DNA of 63,814 nucleotides, the filler included, from Hausera hauseri (lineage: Eukaryota), in assembly GCA_046269625.1 (NCBI GenBank). It is 11 parts of 11 records of this genome, joined end to end, with 100 filler letters (N's around TTAATTAATTAA, not from the genome) between each part and the next. Parts side by side here need not be neighbours in the genome. Positions count along the whole stretch, not along the records: positions 36,169 to 40,651 come from JBJURY010559007.1; positions 40,752 to 50,218 come from JBJURY010366594.1; 9 more parts are not named here. One strand, 5' to 3'. Within the stretch, counting starts at the first letter, position 1, and every line of letters starts with the position of its first letter. The notes below the pieces were generated by a model. The model saw nothing but the letters and a program-made list of their open reading frames with translations, ran no database searches and was not told the origin of the DNA. The position numbers and the translations under genes were made by a program. Below are positions 36,169-49,813 of this stretch, one piece after another.

Positions 36169-38620
36169 TCGTCCAAACAATCTACCTGATTTTACAGAAA
36201 CATTTATGCCATCTAAACCCCTATTTGCCAGTACTAAAATGGTCGGCAAAGATGTCATTATACAGAATACCGATATCAATTCTTCACTGGACGAGACACT
36301 CCAACTTTACAACATCCTTTTTAGCAAATTCTATAATCTGTTGGATGACTTTATCCTTTCTCTGTTCTGTCGAAATTTTAATTTCTTTATCCATTGCCAA
36401 GGCGCGTTGACGATCTATTATCTCTTCGAGTTGGTTTTTCTTCATTACAGTGATTGCACTGGATTTGGTCTTTAATCTCGATAATGCATCAGCGTCTACA
36501 TGTTTATTCCCTGACTTATACTGGAATTTGATATTATATCTGTAGATTTCTTCGATCTACCTGTTAAGTCTGCATGTCGGGTTATTTGCCCTGCCTTTTA
36601 AGGTCGCAACGGCCTTGTGATCAGTGACAATTATAATTTTCTGTCCGTATACGTTGAAGTGTCGAAGTGCTTCTGTTAAGGCTAGAGTTTCTAATTCGGT
36701 AACAGAGTAATTTTTCTCGGCCTTTTTCAAGAAACGTCCTCCATAAGCAATCGGATGCTCTAAATCTTCATCTTCTCTTTTCTGCGCTAATTCATATACA
36801 ATGCCTTCTTTACTAGCGTCTGTCTTGATTATAAAGGGTCAGCTAAAATCTGGGTATCGTAAAACAGGTTCACTTGTTAATATTTTCTTCATCTCATCGA
36901 AAGCTTTCTGCTCGACATCCGTCCATTTTCCTTTAATTCCTCTTTTAAGCAAACGATATAGAGGTGCGTTTATCTTTGAATTATCCGGCACAGGTTGCGT
37001 AATACACGCATAATCCTAGCCAGTGCCTTAGTTCTTTTTGCTTTTGCGGTTTCATGCAGTCTGATATTTTATTTAATAATGATTTATCTGGCCTCGATCC
37101 TCCTTCTCCAACTATATAGCCAAGGTAGGATATTGCATTTTGAGCCCATGTGCATTTTTTGCATTTAATTTCAAGCCGACTTGTTCTAGCCTCATCAATG
37201 TGTGCTCAATATCCTTTAAGTGTTCCTCTTCGGTTATTGACGCTATCATCACGTCGTCTAAGTACGCAAAAGCGTGGTCCAATCCCACTAACATCTTATT
37301 CATCATCCCTGTAAATATGGCTGGCCCGGTAGTAATACCGAACGGTATGACATTAAATTCATAAACAGCATCGTGCGTTTTAAATGCTGCTTTATAACGG
37401 TCTTCGTCCTCGATCTCAACTTGCCAATATCCGGATTGTAAGTCCAAAGTGGTAAACCATTTTGCTCCTGAGAGTCTGTCTAGGGCCTCCTTGACGGACG
37501 GTAATGCGAAGGAATCTTTCATCATAAGGTTATTTAAGGCTCTGTAGTCAATACAAAATCGATGTTTTGTAGTACCTTTCTTCTTAACCATGGGGATTGG
37601 TGAATACCAAGATCTATAGCTGGGCCTAATTATATCGGCCTTAAGCATTCGTTCAACTTCCTTCGTTATTTCTGGCCTTAACAAATGTGGTGGAGGGTAC
37701 CATTATGGCAACTTCTGATCCTCGATATCTATTTCTTCGTTCAAAACAGGCTTTTTCTTGAACGGAATAGTCAGTTTTAATGTTTTCGATCTACTAATAT
37801 CTTCTTCGTCCTTAGCAATAATCGATTTATGTCGACATAACAATTTATAGAATCGACAATAAGACTCAGGTGAAAACTTACTTTCAACATAAGGTAGAAA
37901 TTCGGCATACTTGTAAGGCTTCTCTTCAATAGTTATAGATGACACTCTATACGTATCTCCTAGAGTCGTATAAGCATGAAGCTTGACGAGAGTCTGCGCA
38001 TTATTAGCTATTCTTATCGGTACATGACCGGAGTGTACTCTTGCTAATGTATTGCTGAGTAATATATTCGGATCTAACTTAGCCCTTGGTTTAAAATATA
38101 CTGGTTGATCGTCATCTTGATGTATTTGAGCGTAAATTATCATTTTTGTTCTCGGTGGAATATCTTCGTCTACGGGTATCCAGACCTCTTCAAATTTTCT
38201 ATACTTAGCGTTTTTCACGCCCTTATTTGGCCTGATTTCTATCAGCTTCCCTGCTTGTAAGTCAATTGCTATATTTGGCAATCTTTTCAGTGGATCGCAT
38301 CCCAGAACTACGTCGTCAGCTAATTGCTCCATGACTGCAATTTCATGATGGAAAAGTTGTCCAACTATTTGGATTCGGGGTTCCATTTAAACATCGGTTT
38401 TGACATTTGGCCAAAAGCTCCTGTACTTCCTGGATCTTTCGTAGATTGTGGGTATAATTATTCTCTCAGTGTTTGAGGTATTGAATCATTTTTAATGTAA
38501 GACATCTCGGATCCTGTATCGATTAAGGAGTAAACTTCCCAATCCCCAATAATGATTTTGACAAAGAGCCTTCCTTCTATTATTGTTCCGAAACGGGTTG
38601 ATGTATACTGTGAGCGTTTC
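36169..38620 (-). mobile_element. pol: Ty3/gypsy pol (protease, RT, RNase H), family A sister copy, decayed
   Basis: LFVKIIIGDWEVYSLIDTGSEMSYI; FCIDYRALN, TTLDLQSGYWQ, YLDDVMI; HPIAYGGRFLKKAEKNYSVTELETLA; ANNPTCRLNR..DADALSRLKTK, nearly identical in protein to 6720-7100. Confidence 0.95.
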
Positions 38621-38936
38621 AGCGCCGATATTTTATGTCCATTGATTAGGATTTCGGGGGAGATACTATATTCTCCCACAATTGTCTTAATTCTTCCTTG
38701 GGATATAATTCGTTATTTTCTATGTGCAATTCCTCCACTTCATGTGTACTAATTAATGCTTCTAGATTGTTAGTGTGTAATTCCATATTCTGGAAGGTTT
38801 TTAACCTTTGATTATCCCAAACTGTTTACCTAGTTTCTATATTCCGAGGTTTTCTCGGAGAATATAACATCTTTGGACCATCTGTAGATTGTCAATAACA
38901 CATTTTTTGTAGGATGCCGTAACGTTTCGTTCCTTT

Positions 38937-40649
38937 TTAGGGATCTTCTATATTAATTGTTCTTCTATAGATTTCCGTCTGGCATGAACTAATTGACCGT
39001 TTGTCACAGTCTTCATAGAATGGAGCGGTAGGAGGTAACATAGGTAATGGCACTGTGATGACAGAGTATGTCTTGTGTCGGTTTATTCCTGGAAGTCCTT
39101 CTCCTCCCTTAGGCTGGTTATCATCTGCCTTATTTCTTCGTGTATTATGTTTTGTAAATTTCTGCTTTCGCAAGAATATCGCTCTTCTTCTTCGTTTACG
39201 ATTGTAATATACGACATGACGTTTTACGTCTGATTTCCATCTGTTTTCTTCGTATGCCTTTAAGAATTTTCCAAAGGGTGTTATGATCGCAGTCAGTATT
39301 TAGCATGAAAATCGGGTCAACGTAAATATTTCATACCCATTAATTACGGCTTGGATGATTGCTTTGATTATTTGTATCAGAAAATATGTCGCTAAAAATC
39401 CGGATGCAGCTTGTCCGAAAATTAAGAATCTTCCCCAAATTTTGTAGAGTATTTCTGTGGTCACTCGCTGATAATGATTTACGCCAAGTAGGGATTCCCA
39501 TTTAGCCTGGTATCGTATATCATTCACTACCGATGCCATGGCTCGATTTAGCTCGTGTGTTCGTTGTCGTGGAAAGGCAAGGAATTGTCTGAAAGCCTCA
39601 ATTTCCTTCGGTCTGTATATGCCTTTCGATGAGGTGTCTTGAAATTTATCGTCTGTAATTCCCTTCGCGAGATTTGTTCCTGTCAATTTATTTGGAGCGG
39701 CAATAATATCTCTATTTGGCAAGCTGACCCAGTCCATTTCACTACGTCTAAACATGGGTTCTCCTAGGCTTGCCTTACAATTTTTGAGGATAGTTGATTG
39801 GGTGGCGTTATCCAGTAACACTCTTGTCAGTGGTGTAGCTAACCTTGCAATATTTTGGTAAATAACAAGAAGTTCCTGAATGCAGCGTTTTTCTTCCACG
39901 TTGATGGGTACATCGCTCTTTTCACATTTATAGGTTAACAATACTTCGCCTGTTACCCGACCGAAAATTCCTTCTCTCATGGGAATTACCGGAGAAGATA
40001 ATTCTGGGTTTGCATATATAAGAGCCATTTTGGTCCTCATGATCTTCGTGTCCAACTTACAGTCATTCATTATCATTTTGTGATATAATTCCGTTATTCC
40101 GACTTGCCCTTTATAGTAGAAGAAATCATCTCTATTTTTCAGATAATCTTTAATGCGGATATCCTGTGTTTCTAACTTATAAGTTTTTGCACTTATCTCC
40201 GTTTCTGTGACGGAAAACGCCTCATAGTTCGTGGCAAACATCACTACGTCACAGCGAGAAGTCATCTCCTTTTTTATAAATTCCAATCCATGCTGATCCG
40301 AAATTAATATGGTGGGCGTAGAGTGTTCTGATACGTCTTCGCGTGACCTTGAGTTGGTATCTGATTTATCCACATACCGTTTTCCGGTAGTTTCGTTAAA
40401 CCGCAATTCATTAATTTTAATAAAATTACAACTTCTTCCAGAAGGAGGTTCCCATATTATGACAGAACTTCTAAAAGCACAGGTCCAGTCTTGTAAATGA
40501 CATTTTTGATTCTCAGTGTATAACTTGGTGACGCTATGGAACATCACTTTCTGTGATCGCATTTCCGATTCGTAGAAATCCACGACTACCACGTTCGATT
40601 ACAATCCTTTTCTGGTGTCATATTCTGCCCCATAACAGTGTCTGCTGTG
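38937..40649 (-). pseudogene. env: Chuvirus-like / herpes gB-type envelope glycoprotein, C-terminal two thirds with TM and cytoplasmic tail
   Basis: CKLDTKIMRTKMAL..GIFGRVTGEVLLTYKC..RCIQELLV..TPLTRVL..C..PMF..W..GIYRPKEIE..F..WGRFLIFGQAASGFLATYFLIQII..VINGY matches the chuviral G signature from memory. In frame through a stop at 39300-39302 to a PTAP-containing tail. Confidence 0.85.
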
Positions 40650-43190
40650 CANNNNNNNNNNNNNNNNNNNNNNNNNNNNNNNNNNNNNNNNNNNNTTAAT
40701 TAATTAANNNNNNNNNNNNNNNNNNNNNNNNNNNNNNNNNNNNNNNNNNNNATTTTGGTTTAAACCAAGGATATCTTTCTACTGTAATGATTTCATATAA
40801 TATATGGTATATTTTCGATTCCAACTAAAGATACATATTTGAATAAGTCGCCTCTATACTTTGATGAATGACTTCATTGCTTTTCCCAAGATTAAAAAGT
40901 ACATGTTAAATGTCTAAGTCCTTTCTCGACATTTGACTTTAAGGTTTTATCCAAACTAAAATAGATTTAATATTGTTTGCTACATTATTGATCTTTAACC
41001 CAATGTCCATCTAGATTCAATTTTAGAATTCTATTTCATCATATATTCATCCGTTGTAATTTGATGTTTATTCGTGATTTAATTTTAGAACTTTAAGTCA
41101 TTGTATATTTTATTGTTGTAATTCAGTTGTATCGATCGCTCGTTTAACCGTGTATGAAAAGCTTTAATTGAATTCTCGGAGATGATGAGAAGTTTTCTGG
41201 CATATAGAAGATCATCAATCTTTGAACATAGCCCTTCATATATTCAGGTGGTATTTTAATCGTTACGGATAGCCATCGCTTCTACGGTCTAACAGAGTTA
41301 TAATCATCTATTCGGATCTACAGGAACTATACCGTCTCATCTCCAACACTTGTTCGTCATATCAATTTCTTGGGAGAATTCAGACATATTCGTAATTTCC
41401 GGTTACTCAATTTTGACATCTACACGTGAAACGGTAATTTGATTATACCAATATATCATTCCTTGTCTACTCGTACACATCTATATAAATAATAAAGGAA
41501 GACTGTTCATATTAATCTTCATTATTTACTTGTGATGTCATTAACGATATCATCTCTCAAAGTATCATTGAGTAATTACACATCTGCGTTCCATACATAG
41601 TTTATATGTTGGTACAGGGGTCGTCTTTGGACCTTTAGCTCGTCACAACATACAAAAATTTAGGTACCCACATTTGCTGAGAAATACATTCACTTCTTCT
41701 TGTTATTTAATCATAATTTCTCCGCTCGTCTCATGATCTGGATCTGTGAGTTCATTGGTCCTGTTTCTTACAACCCTTCCATTGCACTCGACAACGATAA
41801 TAAAAGGGATCAACTATCTCAGGCACCATTTCAAATATTGACACAATAATCATTATGATCAATTATTTCTTCAAACCCATCCAAACACTCAAGATTTCCT
41901 AATACTTCACGTGCTCCCCATAAAATCTTCTCACAACATAGCAATCTCAGGCTTCATTGTCTCTCATGATCGTCAGTTAATTCTCACCTCTATCACTTAT
42001 TCAAACACAGCAAGGCTTATTAATTCCTTTCCTAGCGACGAATATTTTAGCTTAATTGTTAAATATCTTTTAAACATGGCAAATAAAATAGGGCAAAAGG
42101 ATTATAGTCATTACTGCATACCTTTCCATGCAATTAAAGTGAACACGACATCCATTGACTAACAGCACAATCAATGAACAACCGACAAAAGGAAATCAGT
42201 CCGGCAACAACAACATTAGTATCTGGAAAAAATGACTATATTAATTTCAGACTTAAAATTATATCCATTTCTGATGCAAATCTCACATTATAACCCCATG
42301 GCCAAACGTTAAAATACAAATGTGGTTTTCTTGAAAATTACGACATACACATATGAGTCACGATTCTATATTTATATTTATATATTCGAGTTGGTTGTAC
42401 AAGGTGCAAGACCGAATACGACAAATATAACTCAACGTTAACGCTTCTTAGATAAATTACACGATGACATATAATCATAATCGTTATGATGCTATAAACA
42501 ATATCAACACTCTGAAACAAAACTACGCATCAAAATACGAAGACATGTGTTGTTGCGAATCCATTATTCTCTGATCCGTGGGTCCTTCCGAATTACTCAT
42601 AACTTGACTTCTTATAATGTAGATCAGACCCGAAAATTTAATTGAAAGATAAAATTTTCTGAAATTAGATAATTAAGCATATTTCAATACGTTAACCCAA
42701 TTGTACTATAAATAAAACAATCAATATGCAATCTATTCTCGTTACCGCAGATTTTAGATTTACCAATTTGTTCACATATCTTGCATGTATATTGCATAAC
42801 ACCCGTTGAATACTCAACAAAATTGAATTGTTTATTATATCCAATTGGTTATCTAATGCAAACAGTGACTATCATTGTCCCACCATAAGCCCTGGGTCAC
42901 AGTGCAGGTCTACAACGTTTCATTTGCATTCTCCTGAGTAAATATTTCGTCTAATTGATCGCGTATTCACCATGTACCTTTACTCGCTGAATGTTCCGAG
43001 AAGCTTTCATTCAATCATTACTCCATTTCATTTTTTGAGCATTTTCATTATACAACTTTGCGCAACATACCTTCGATATCAATGTTCGTAATCCAATTTA
43101 TTTTTCAAAATATTTATTCATTAATACAAAATTACATAATCAGAAAATAACAATAAATCACAAATAAACTGAAAAGAAAAGAATTTTTAC

Positions 43191-43242
43191 CTAAAGCTCC
43201 TGCGGATGAATTGTTGATGTCGACATTATTTCCCTCGGCCAT
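43191..43242 (-). CDS. Possible first exon of an unidentified, probably decayed host gene
   Basis: ATG GCC GAG GGA.. (MAEGNNVDINNSSAGAL) followed by a GTAAA donor; downstream exons could not be assembled. Confidence 0.25.
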
Positions 43243-43984
43243 TATTAATTTCCTGCTATAATGAATTCAGTAGATTGCTATAGAATCTAACCTAATCTTC
43301 GGTTAATTCCTCGAAGTCCAAATTGTAATTTGTGAGAGTGAGAATGAATAGGTTTTGTGAGAGTTTTTGAGTGTTTATTGCACAAGTATTTATAGTGGAA
43401 CGTTCGATACCATATCGTTTGTTTCCATTTTTAGAAATGGAATTTTCAAATTTCGAAATTGGAACGTTCGGTACTATATCGTTCGTTTCCATTTTTGGAA
43501 ATGTACTTTTTGTTAATTCTTATTTCAATTTTTATAATTATTCAATTTTTGCAATTTTCGAAATTAAATTATTCGATTTCATTTTTTACCAAGTCTAGTT
43601 TATCTTTTCAGTTTATCCGTCTAGGGATACATTAATTTTACAAAAGACAGAAAAACAAGAATGTCCATCAGGTGGGACTCAACAGGGTAAAACAAAGATG
43701 ATTGAAACAAGTTTTAATCAAATTGAAATGTACAAAATGTTTAAATCGTTATTCGTTTAAAATGTGCATTTCATCATCATAAATTACAAATGTGACACGC
43801 CACAATTACATTGTTACATTCAATCAATATCCATTGAAGGTGTCCATTGAAGGTGTGTGCAGTTTCATCACCATAGAGTACACCAACTAAAATGTTGTTT
43901 AAGATGTCGTAACACTGATCTTAATGGGAAATCGCTTGTAGAATATCTCTACTTATGTTTTCGTTACGAATAATTGGCTACTAA

Positions 43985-44741
43985 TTGAAGACATTCAATA
44001 GCCATTCTGCGAACCCTCACGGTTCAATGTCAAATCCTTTTTATGTAGCTTTTCGAAGAGCCCCTGAAAATGCTCCCATGGACAGTTTAGCTGTGACAGA
44101 TATTTGCGTTATTTTCGCAAACAAAAACGAATTATATCCACCAGCATACACGCGTGTCGATGTTCCAATCAAACAGACATCTCTTAGTCATACAATTAAT
44201 ATTTGTTACAAAAAATCGATAGTAAAACAACATGTTTTGACGTATCAACCGGAAACAATCTTTTGCTCACCATGTACATCAAAAGAACCGGATATTGATA
44301 TTTATAATCCGTCAATCCCACCACATCATCCAGTCAATAATAAAACAAATGTGGAAATTTTTAAAGATTGTTCGATTGGTAAACGAGTCAGATATTGAAG
44401 TTGAAAATTATTCAATTACTAAAACATCTAAATTCAACTCTATTAATTACATGCCGATCTCAACATCTCACCCAACATTTTTACCACATTCTATTGATAA
44501 AACATTATTTGATTCATCGCCCTCATTATTATTATCTGCTTCACAACCACAACAACCTACTGAATCTTCAAACTCTGTTGGAAAAACAATATTTGGTACA
44601 TCATCGAATTTATCGTTTTACCCATCAACAAATTTCCTTCTCGGTTCATCAGAGTCAACGATAAAATCACTCGATACACCTACTGCGGAATTATCAACTG
44701 CCTCTACAACCGCATCTCTAGTAAATTCAGAAAACAAATAA
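43985..44741 (+). pseudogene. DENND4: DENND4/CRAG-like fragment (MABP domain C-half and start of uDENN)
   Basis: SAN..FYVAFRRAPENAPMDSLAVTDICVIFANKNE..PP..ICYKKS..Y matches DENND4 YRRA..LAVTDIC..CYKKS. Frameshifted; ends at a gypsy element. Confidence 0.8.
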
Positions 44742-44965
44742 AACCAGAAGCAGATGAATGCGCCAATTTCAACCACTTATATCAGGTAATCCAGGTTGAT
44801 CGAGGTTTACTACGAATACTGCAGATACAAAGCCAACAACAATTTCGGGTGTCTGTGACAACTCAGATCTTACAGTCCATTGGAGTTTTTTAAAGTAATT
44901 TTATGATTGAATATCTTTCTACATTTACGGCGCATTCGATAAACTGTATAGCTGAGGGACCGAGC

Positions 44966-45210
44966 ATGCCCGTCTGCACTGAATCCCCTTTCTCTTATTT
45001 TTTTTCAATAATAAACATGTGTATACATTGAGGGTTGCATACAAACATATTACACACATCCTTTATTCTGTATTGTCTTCCTTCTCCGGCTCCTCCGATT
45101 TTTATTGCATGCACAATGGCCTAACTCTGTTACCTTCCGACTCTCTGTCATCTTTTGCATCCGGGAAACATTCAATGATTCTTATTATCCATTTTTGTAT
45201 CCGTGGTGGA
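44966..45210 (+). CDS. Ubiquitin-like domain fused in frame to Gag (copy 3)
   Basis: FFFNNKHVYTLRV..DFYCMHNGLTL..SMILIIHFCIRGG continues without a stop into SDLDP..DFFLDKTNSRRTWLQFH (gag). The ATG at 44966 joins this frame if one T is restored in the T8 run at 44998-45005. Confidence 0.72.
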
Positions 45211-48200
45211 TCAGATCTTGACCCTTCTGCCGAAAACTTTATCAAAACCAGATCTGGTCGTCGTCCTGCCGACTCCACACCAAATACATCTCCAAGTCTC
45301 CCTTGCACGGATTTTTTTCTCGATAAGACGAATTCGCGTCGTACATGGTTACAATTCCATTTGCAGTGGCTTAAAGCCAATCATATCACAGACTCCTTTT
45401 GCGGGCAAACAGCTTGCTGCTACTACTTCCAGCTAATATCAAGCAGCAAATAAATAATCTGGCCGATATACTAACCTCTTCAAATCCATATGATATGCTT
45501 TATGAGTCAATTCTGCATATCCCCGACCCTTCCTTTGACAGCATAATTCAAAAATACTTTAATAAACACGCCATCGGAAATATAAAAACCGTCGGATTTC
45601 CTTAAAACTGCAATCTCGCAACTGAGCTCCTTAGGCGTCACTCCTATAAACAATGCCGATCTTCTTCGTCGGTATTTTCTTTCATTATTGCCAACCTCCA
45701 TCAGAGCGCCGCTCACGGTAGCAGATGACTCAACGGCCCTTGCAAAGTTCGCATTATTAGCAGACAAAAGTTTTGACATTTTTCAATCTAATAGTTCACA
45801 ACCAGTAGCTGCAGCAACCGCTCACACACCGTCATACACATATAACACTTCATTTTCACAACAGCTGTATATGATGCAGAAGCAAGTCGACACACTCCAA
45901 CAGGCAATTTCTGCGATCGCAGCCAAATTCAGTGACTTATCCGTGCCTCGAGGAAACGAAAACCGTTTTTCGCGCAATCGTAGCTTTTCCAGGCACTCAT
46001 CTTGGTCCAAATCTCAAGATTGTAGAATAATTTTCTTCTATCACAATAAATGCAGTAGAGAAGCATAAAACTGTGTTTTAGGCTGTCGATTTTACGATGA
46101 ACGTTATGCAGTAGACAACCCAATCTTCATCCATCACACAAAGTATCAATGCAAAGCTATGTCATGTGTGCTAGAATGCAAATATTATAAAAAGAATTCT
46201 AGTTTTTCTCCATTTTCTTCGCCTCTTCGTACTCATCATTCATGTTCTTTTTCCCAACAATCCCCAAAAAACCAGTAATGCCACCAGATGTCACGGCACA
46301 TTCTGCTAAAGGCAATATCGCTCAAACTTCTGGCCGTTTCGACACCGCCTCTGCAGTCTTTCTGTTGAAAGCTGAAATGTTATCTGGAGACGCCTCACAC
46401 ATAGACTTCCCTATCGATTCGGCAGCTGCCTTTTCACTTCTTCCTTTGTCTTTCGCTCCTACATCTAACACAGTTTTCTCTACTCCACTCTTCACTGCCT
46501 GTAGTCAACCCTGGAACATTGTAGGTATCACTAACCTGTCTTTCACATTTTTAACCTTCCAGGGAAATTCTCCTGGAAATTTCATATAGCCAACATCAGA
46601 TCGCCAATAATAGGCTCCGATTTTCTAGCTGCATACGATTTGCTAGTCGACTGCAAGCATAGATGCCTCCTGCGTAAAACGCCGTTGCAAATTTCAACAA
46701 ATGGTCACCAAACGAGCAGTCGGACACTTTGTTTTCCTCTGTTCATTCAAATGTCAATTTGACTTGCTGCTCATCGGTTGATAACAACACGCCTAATAAT
46801 TCATCAATATTTTCAATTTCATCAAATTTGAACAAATCAATGTTGAAACAGTCGATTGAACCGAATATCATTAACAAAGTGTTTCGTGATTCTATATCGT
46901 TTACAGCCACCGAGCCTTCCACTAATATGCTCGCATCATTCTTATCGCTGGAATCCAATCTTAAATCCTGCATCAAAACGTCTTGCTTCCGCACTCTTAA
47001 AAAGAACATCAATTTCAAGCCGCATTCTACAGCTTATCACCACATAGTCACCGAACACCAAAGACCTATTAGACAAAAGGTAAGGCCACTGTCACCTCGC
47101 AGACGAAAAGCCGTTGAATTAGAGTTTAATGAACTCGAAAAGGCGGGCATTATTCGAAGATCTAAATCATCATGGGCTTCACCATTGCATGTAGCAACAA
47201 AGAAGGGTGGCAATTACAGACCATGTATTGACTATCGTTAGTTAAATAATTTAACAATCCTGGATGCTTACCCTCTACCTCTTATAAATGACATCCTATA
47301 CAGTCTTACCAACACTAACACGAACTCCACAATCGACTTGTATAAAGCATATCATCAAATTCCGGTTGCACCTGATGATATTCCAAAAACTGCTACTATA
47401 ACTCCATTTGGCCTCTACTAATATATCGTTATGACATTTGGTTTACGTAGTGCCTCTGAAACATTCCAACGGCACATTGATACCGTACTCTCAGGCCTTG
47501 ATTTCGCTTATCCATACATTGATGACATATTAGTTGCCTCTACCTCTGTCAAAAAACATCAAAAACACCTTTGTATCATTTTTCACGGACCACATTACAG
47601 CAGTTTGCAAGTCAACTTCTTCAAGTATCATTTCTTTCAAAAAAGTGTAAATTTTCTAAGTCACGTCGTTACTCCTCATGGCCACTCTCCACAACCGGAT
47701 CGACTACAACAATTAAAAAACATAACTCTACCAACGACTACCACGGATATGAAAAGCTTCTTAGGTACACTCTACTTCATCCACAAATACGTACCTCATT
47801 GTTCTGAGCTCACAGCACCTTTTGCACATTTATCATCCAGGAAAAGAGGCAGATGATTCACTGGACTCCTGATTTAGTCACTAAGTTTGATCGCTTACGC
47901 GATGGCCTAAAAACCGTCGAAATACTGGCCTATATAAAGCCCAATGCAGATCTTATACTTACAACCTATTCCTTGAACACAGCCACCGGTGCAGTACTAC
48001 ACCAAATTTCCAACGGGGTTAATGAACCATTAGAATTTTACTCTAGGAAGTTTAGTCAACCCGAAAGCCGTTATTCGACATTTGACCGTAAGTTACTCGC
48101 CATAGTTCTGGCAATAAAACATTTTAAACACCCACTTCTCTCTCGTCCATTGGTGATTCAAACTGATCACAAGCCTCTCCTGCACATCATGTTGTTAAAA

Positions 48201-49813
48201 CGGCTATCAACAAGGAAAGAGAGACATATACCATACCTGTCTACGTTCAACTTTGTTTTGGAATATATTTCAGGCACAGACAACTTGGTGGCAGATTTTT
48301 TATTGAGATCGGTTGGCTACATCACAGTTGAGCCGATTTTCTCATCCGAAGTTTTAAAAACACATCTACCGTCTGTTGATTTCCTTAGTTCCTTCAAATT
48401 TTCGAGATCCTCAATGGCATTGCTTATGATACGTCGAACACCGGTAATAAAAAGATCATTCTAGCACCACCTTTACAAAAGCCAGCTTTCGTTCATACGC
48501 ATTTACTCCACCATCCAGGGTCGAAAGCAGCCTTTCGCCTGCTTCAACGTCATGTAGTTTAGCCATCAATGCGCAAAGATGTACAGGGCTGGGTTAAGGA
48601 ATGTGTAGCCTGTCAAAAATACAAAATCAATAAACATCTCAAACCGCCGCTTTATCATTTCCATTGTACATCACGTTTCCATACGGTTCATCTTGATCTC
48701 GTTTGTCCTTTACTTTCTGACAACGGATAGCAATATATCCTTACTATAATGGATCGTGCTTCTGGCTGGCCGAAAGTCGTTCCTCTCCGTTCAGCGAACA
48801 CTGATTCAGTAGCTGATGCATTTATAAAAATTTGGATCAGTCGTTTTGGTTCCCCACGTTACATAATAACGGATCAATGTCCACAATTTGAATTGGATCT
48901 CTTCAAATCACTCATCAAACACCTTAGGATATCCAATTTCCACACAACTCCATATCATCTTCAAGCAAATGGCCTCCTTGAAAGATTTCATTGAACAATG
49001 AAAGTCTCTTTAAAAATCTTGACTGACACTCATCGAAATTGGACGTCCATTCTGCAATTTGTCCCACTATGGTGGCGCAACACACCTTCGACAACTACCG
49101 GTTGTGCTCCAGCCAAGGCACTTTTTGGGACTCCAATTCGGGGCTTATTTGAACTTTCTGATCTCGACGACAACCCTACAAACAAAAACATTCGTGCAGC
49201 ACAATCTCACTTCGTCGAGGTCAGCTCAGATTTATTCTATCGTCTTTTCAACAACGAAAAATCTTATATTCCGAAGGATTTATACTCCGCCAAGTTTGTG
49301 TGGCTGAAGGATCAATTGCTTTCTGGTTTTAGACCTCAATATGTTGGCCCATACAAACTGCTCAATCTTTCATCTCACACAGCAACCATCTTATGCCAAG
49401 ATAAACCTTACAACGTTGATATTTCGAACTTGAAACCCTCTTTCTTCATTGACGATATTCCAGATGCGAATTCTACTTCCAACTCAAACTCAGCTCGCAC
49501 TCCTACCGATTTTCAAAATGACTTTTTATCACCTCCAATTGCATTGTCTTTTTTGTTTGCCTCATCTTCGCTATCATCTCCATCAAAAAACATCACTAAA
49601 CAGCCCAGCACAAATCCATCAAGTAAGGTACGCAGAGTGACATTTAGTACCTGCAGCAAAGAAAAATTCTTTGATGGCACACAACGCCAGACCCGTACTG
49701 AAACCGAATAGGAACCAAACATTACTCCTTATTGCGATTCATTGTATTCATCCATATTATTTTCATTATTTTTTATTACATATTTTCTCTTCTGCCACGG
49801 ACGTGGGAGGTGA

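Noticed and set aside
40752-43150. Gene in the AT-rich region
   Set aside because: Only scattered stop-ridden minus-strand fragments; no identifiable product.
43829-43856. 13-bp direct duplication TCCATTGAAGGTG
   Set aside because: An isolated microduplication that cannot be distinguished from slippage.
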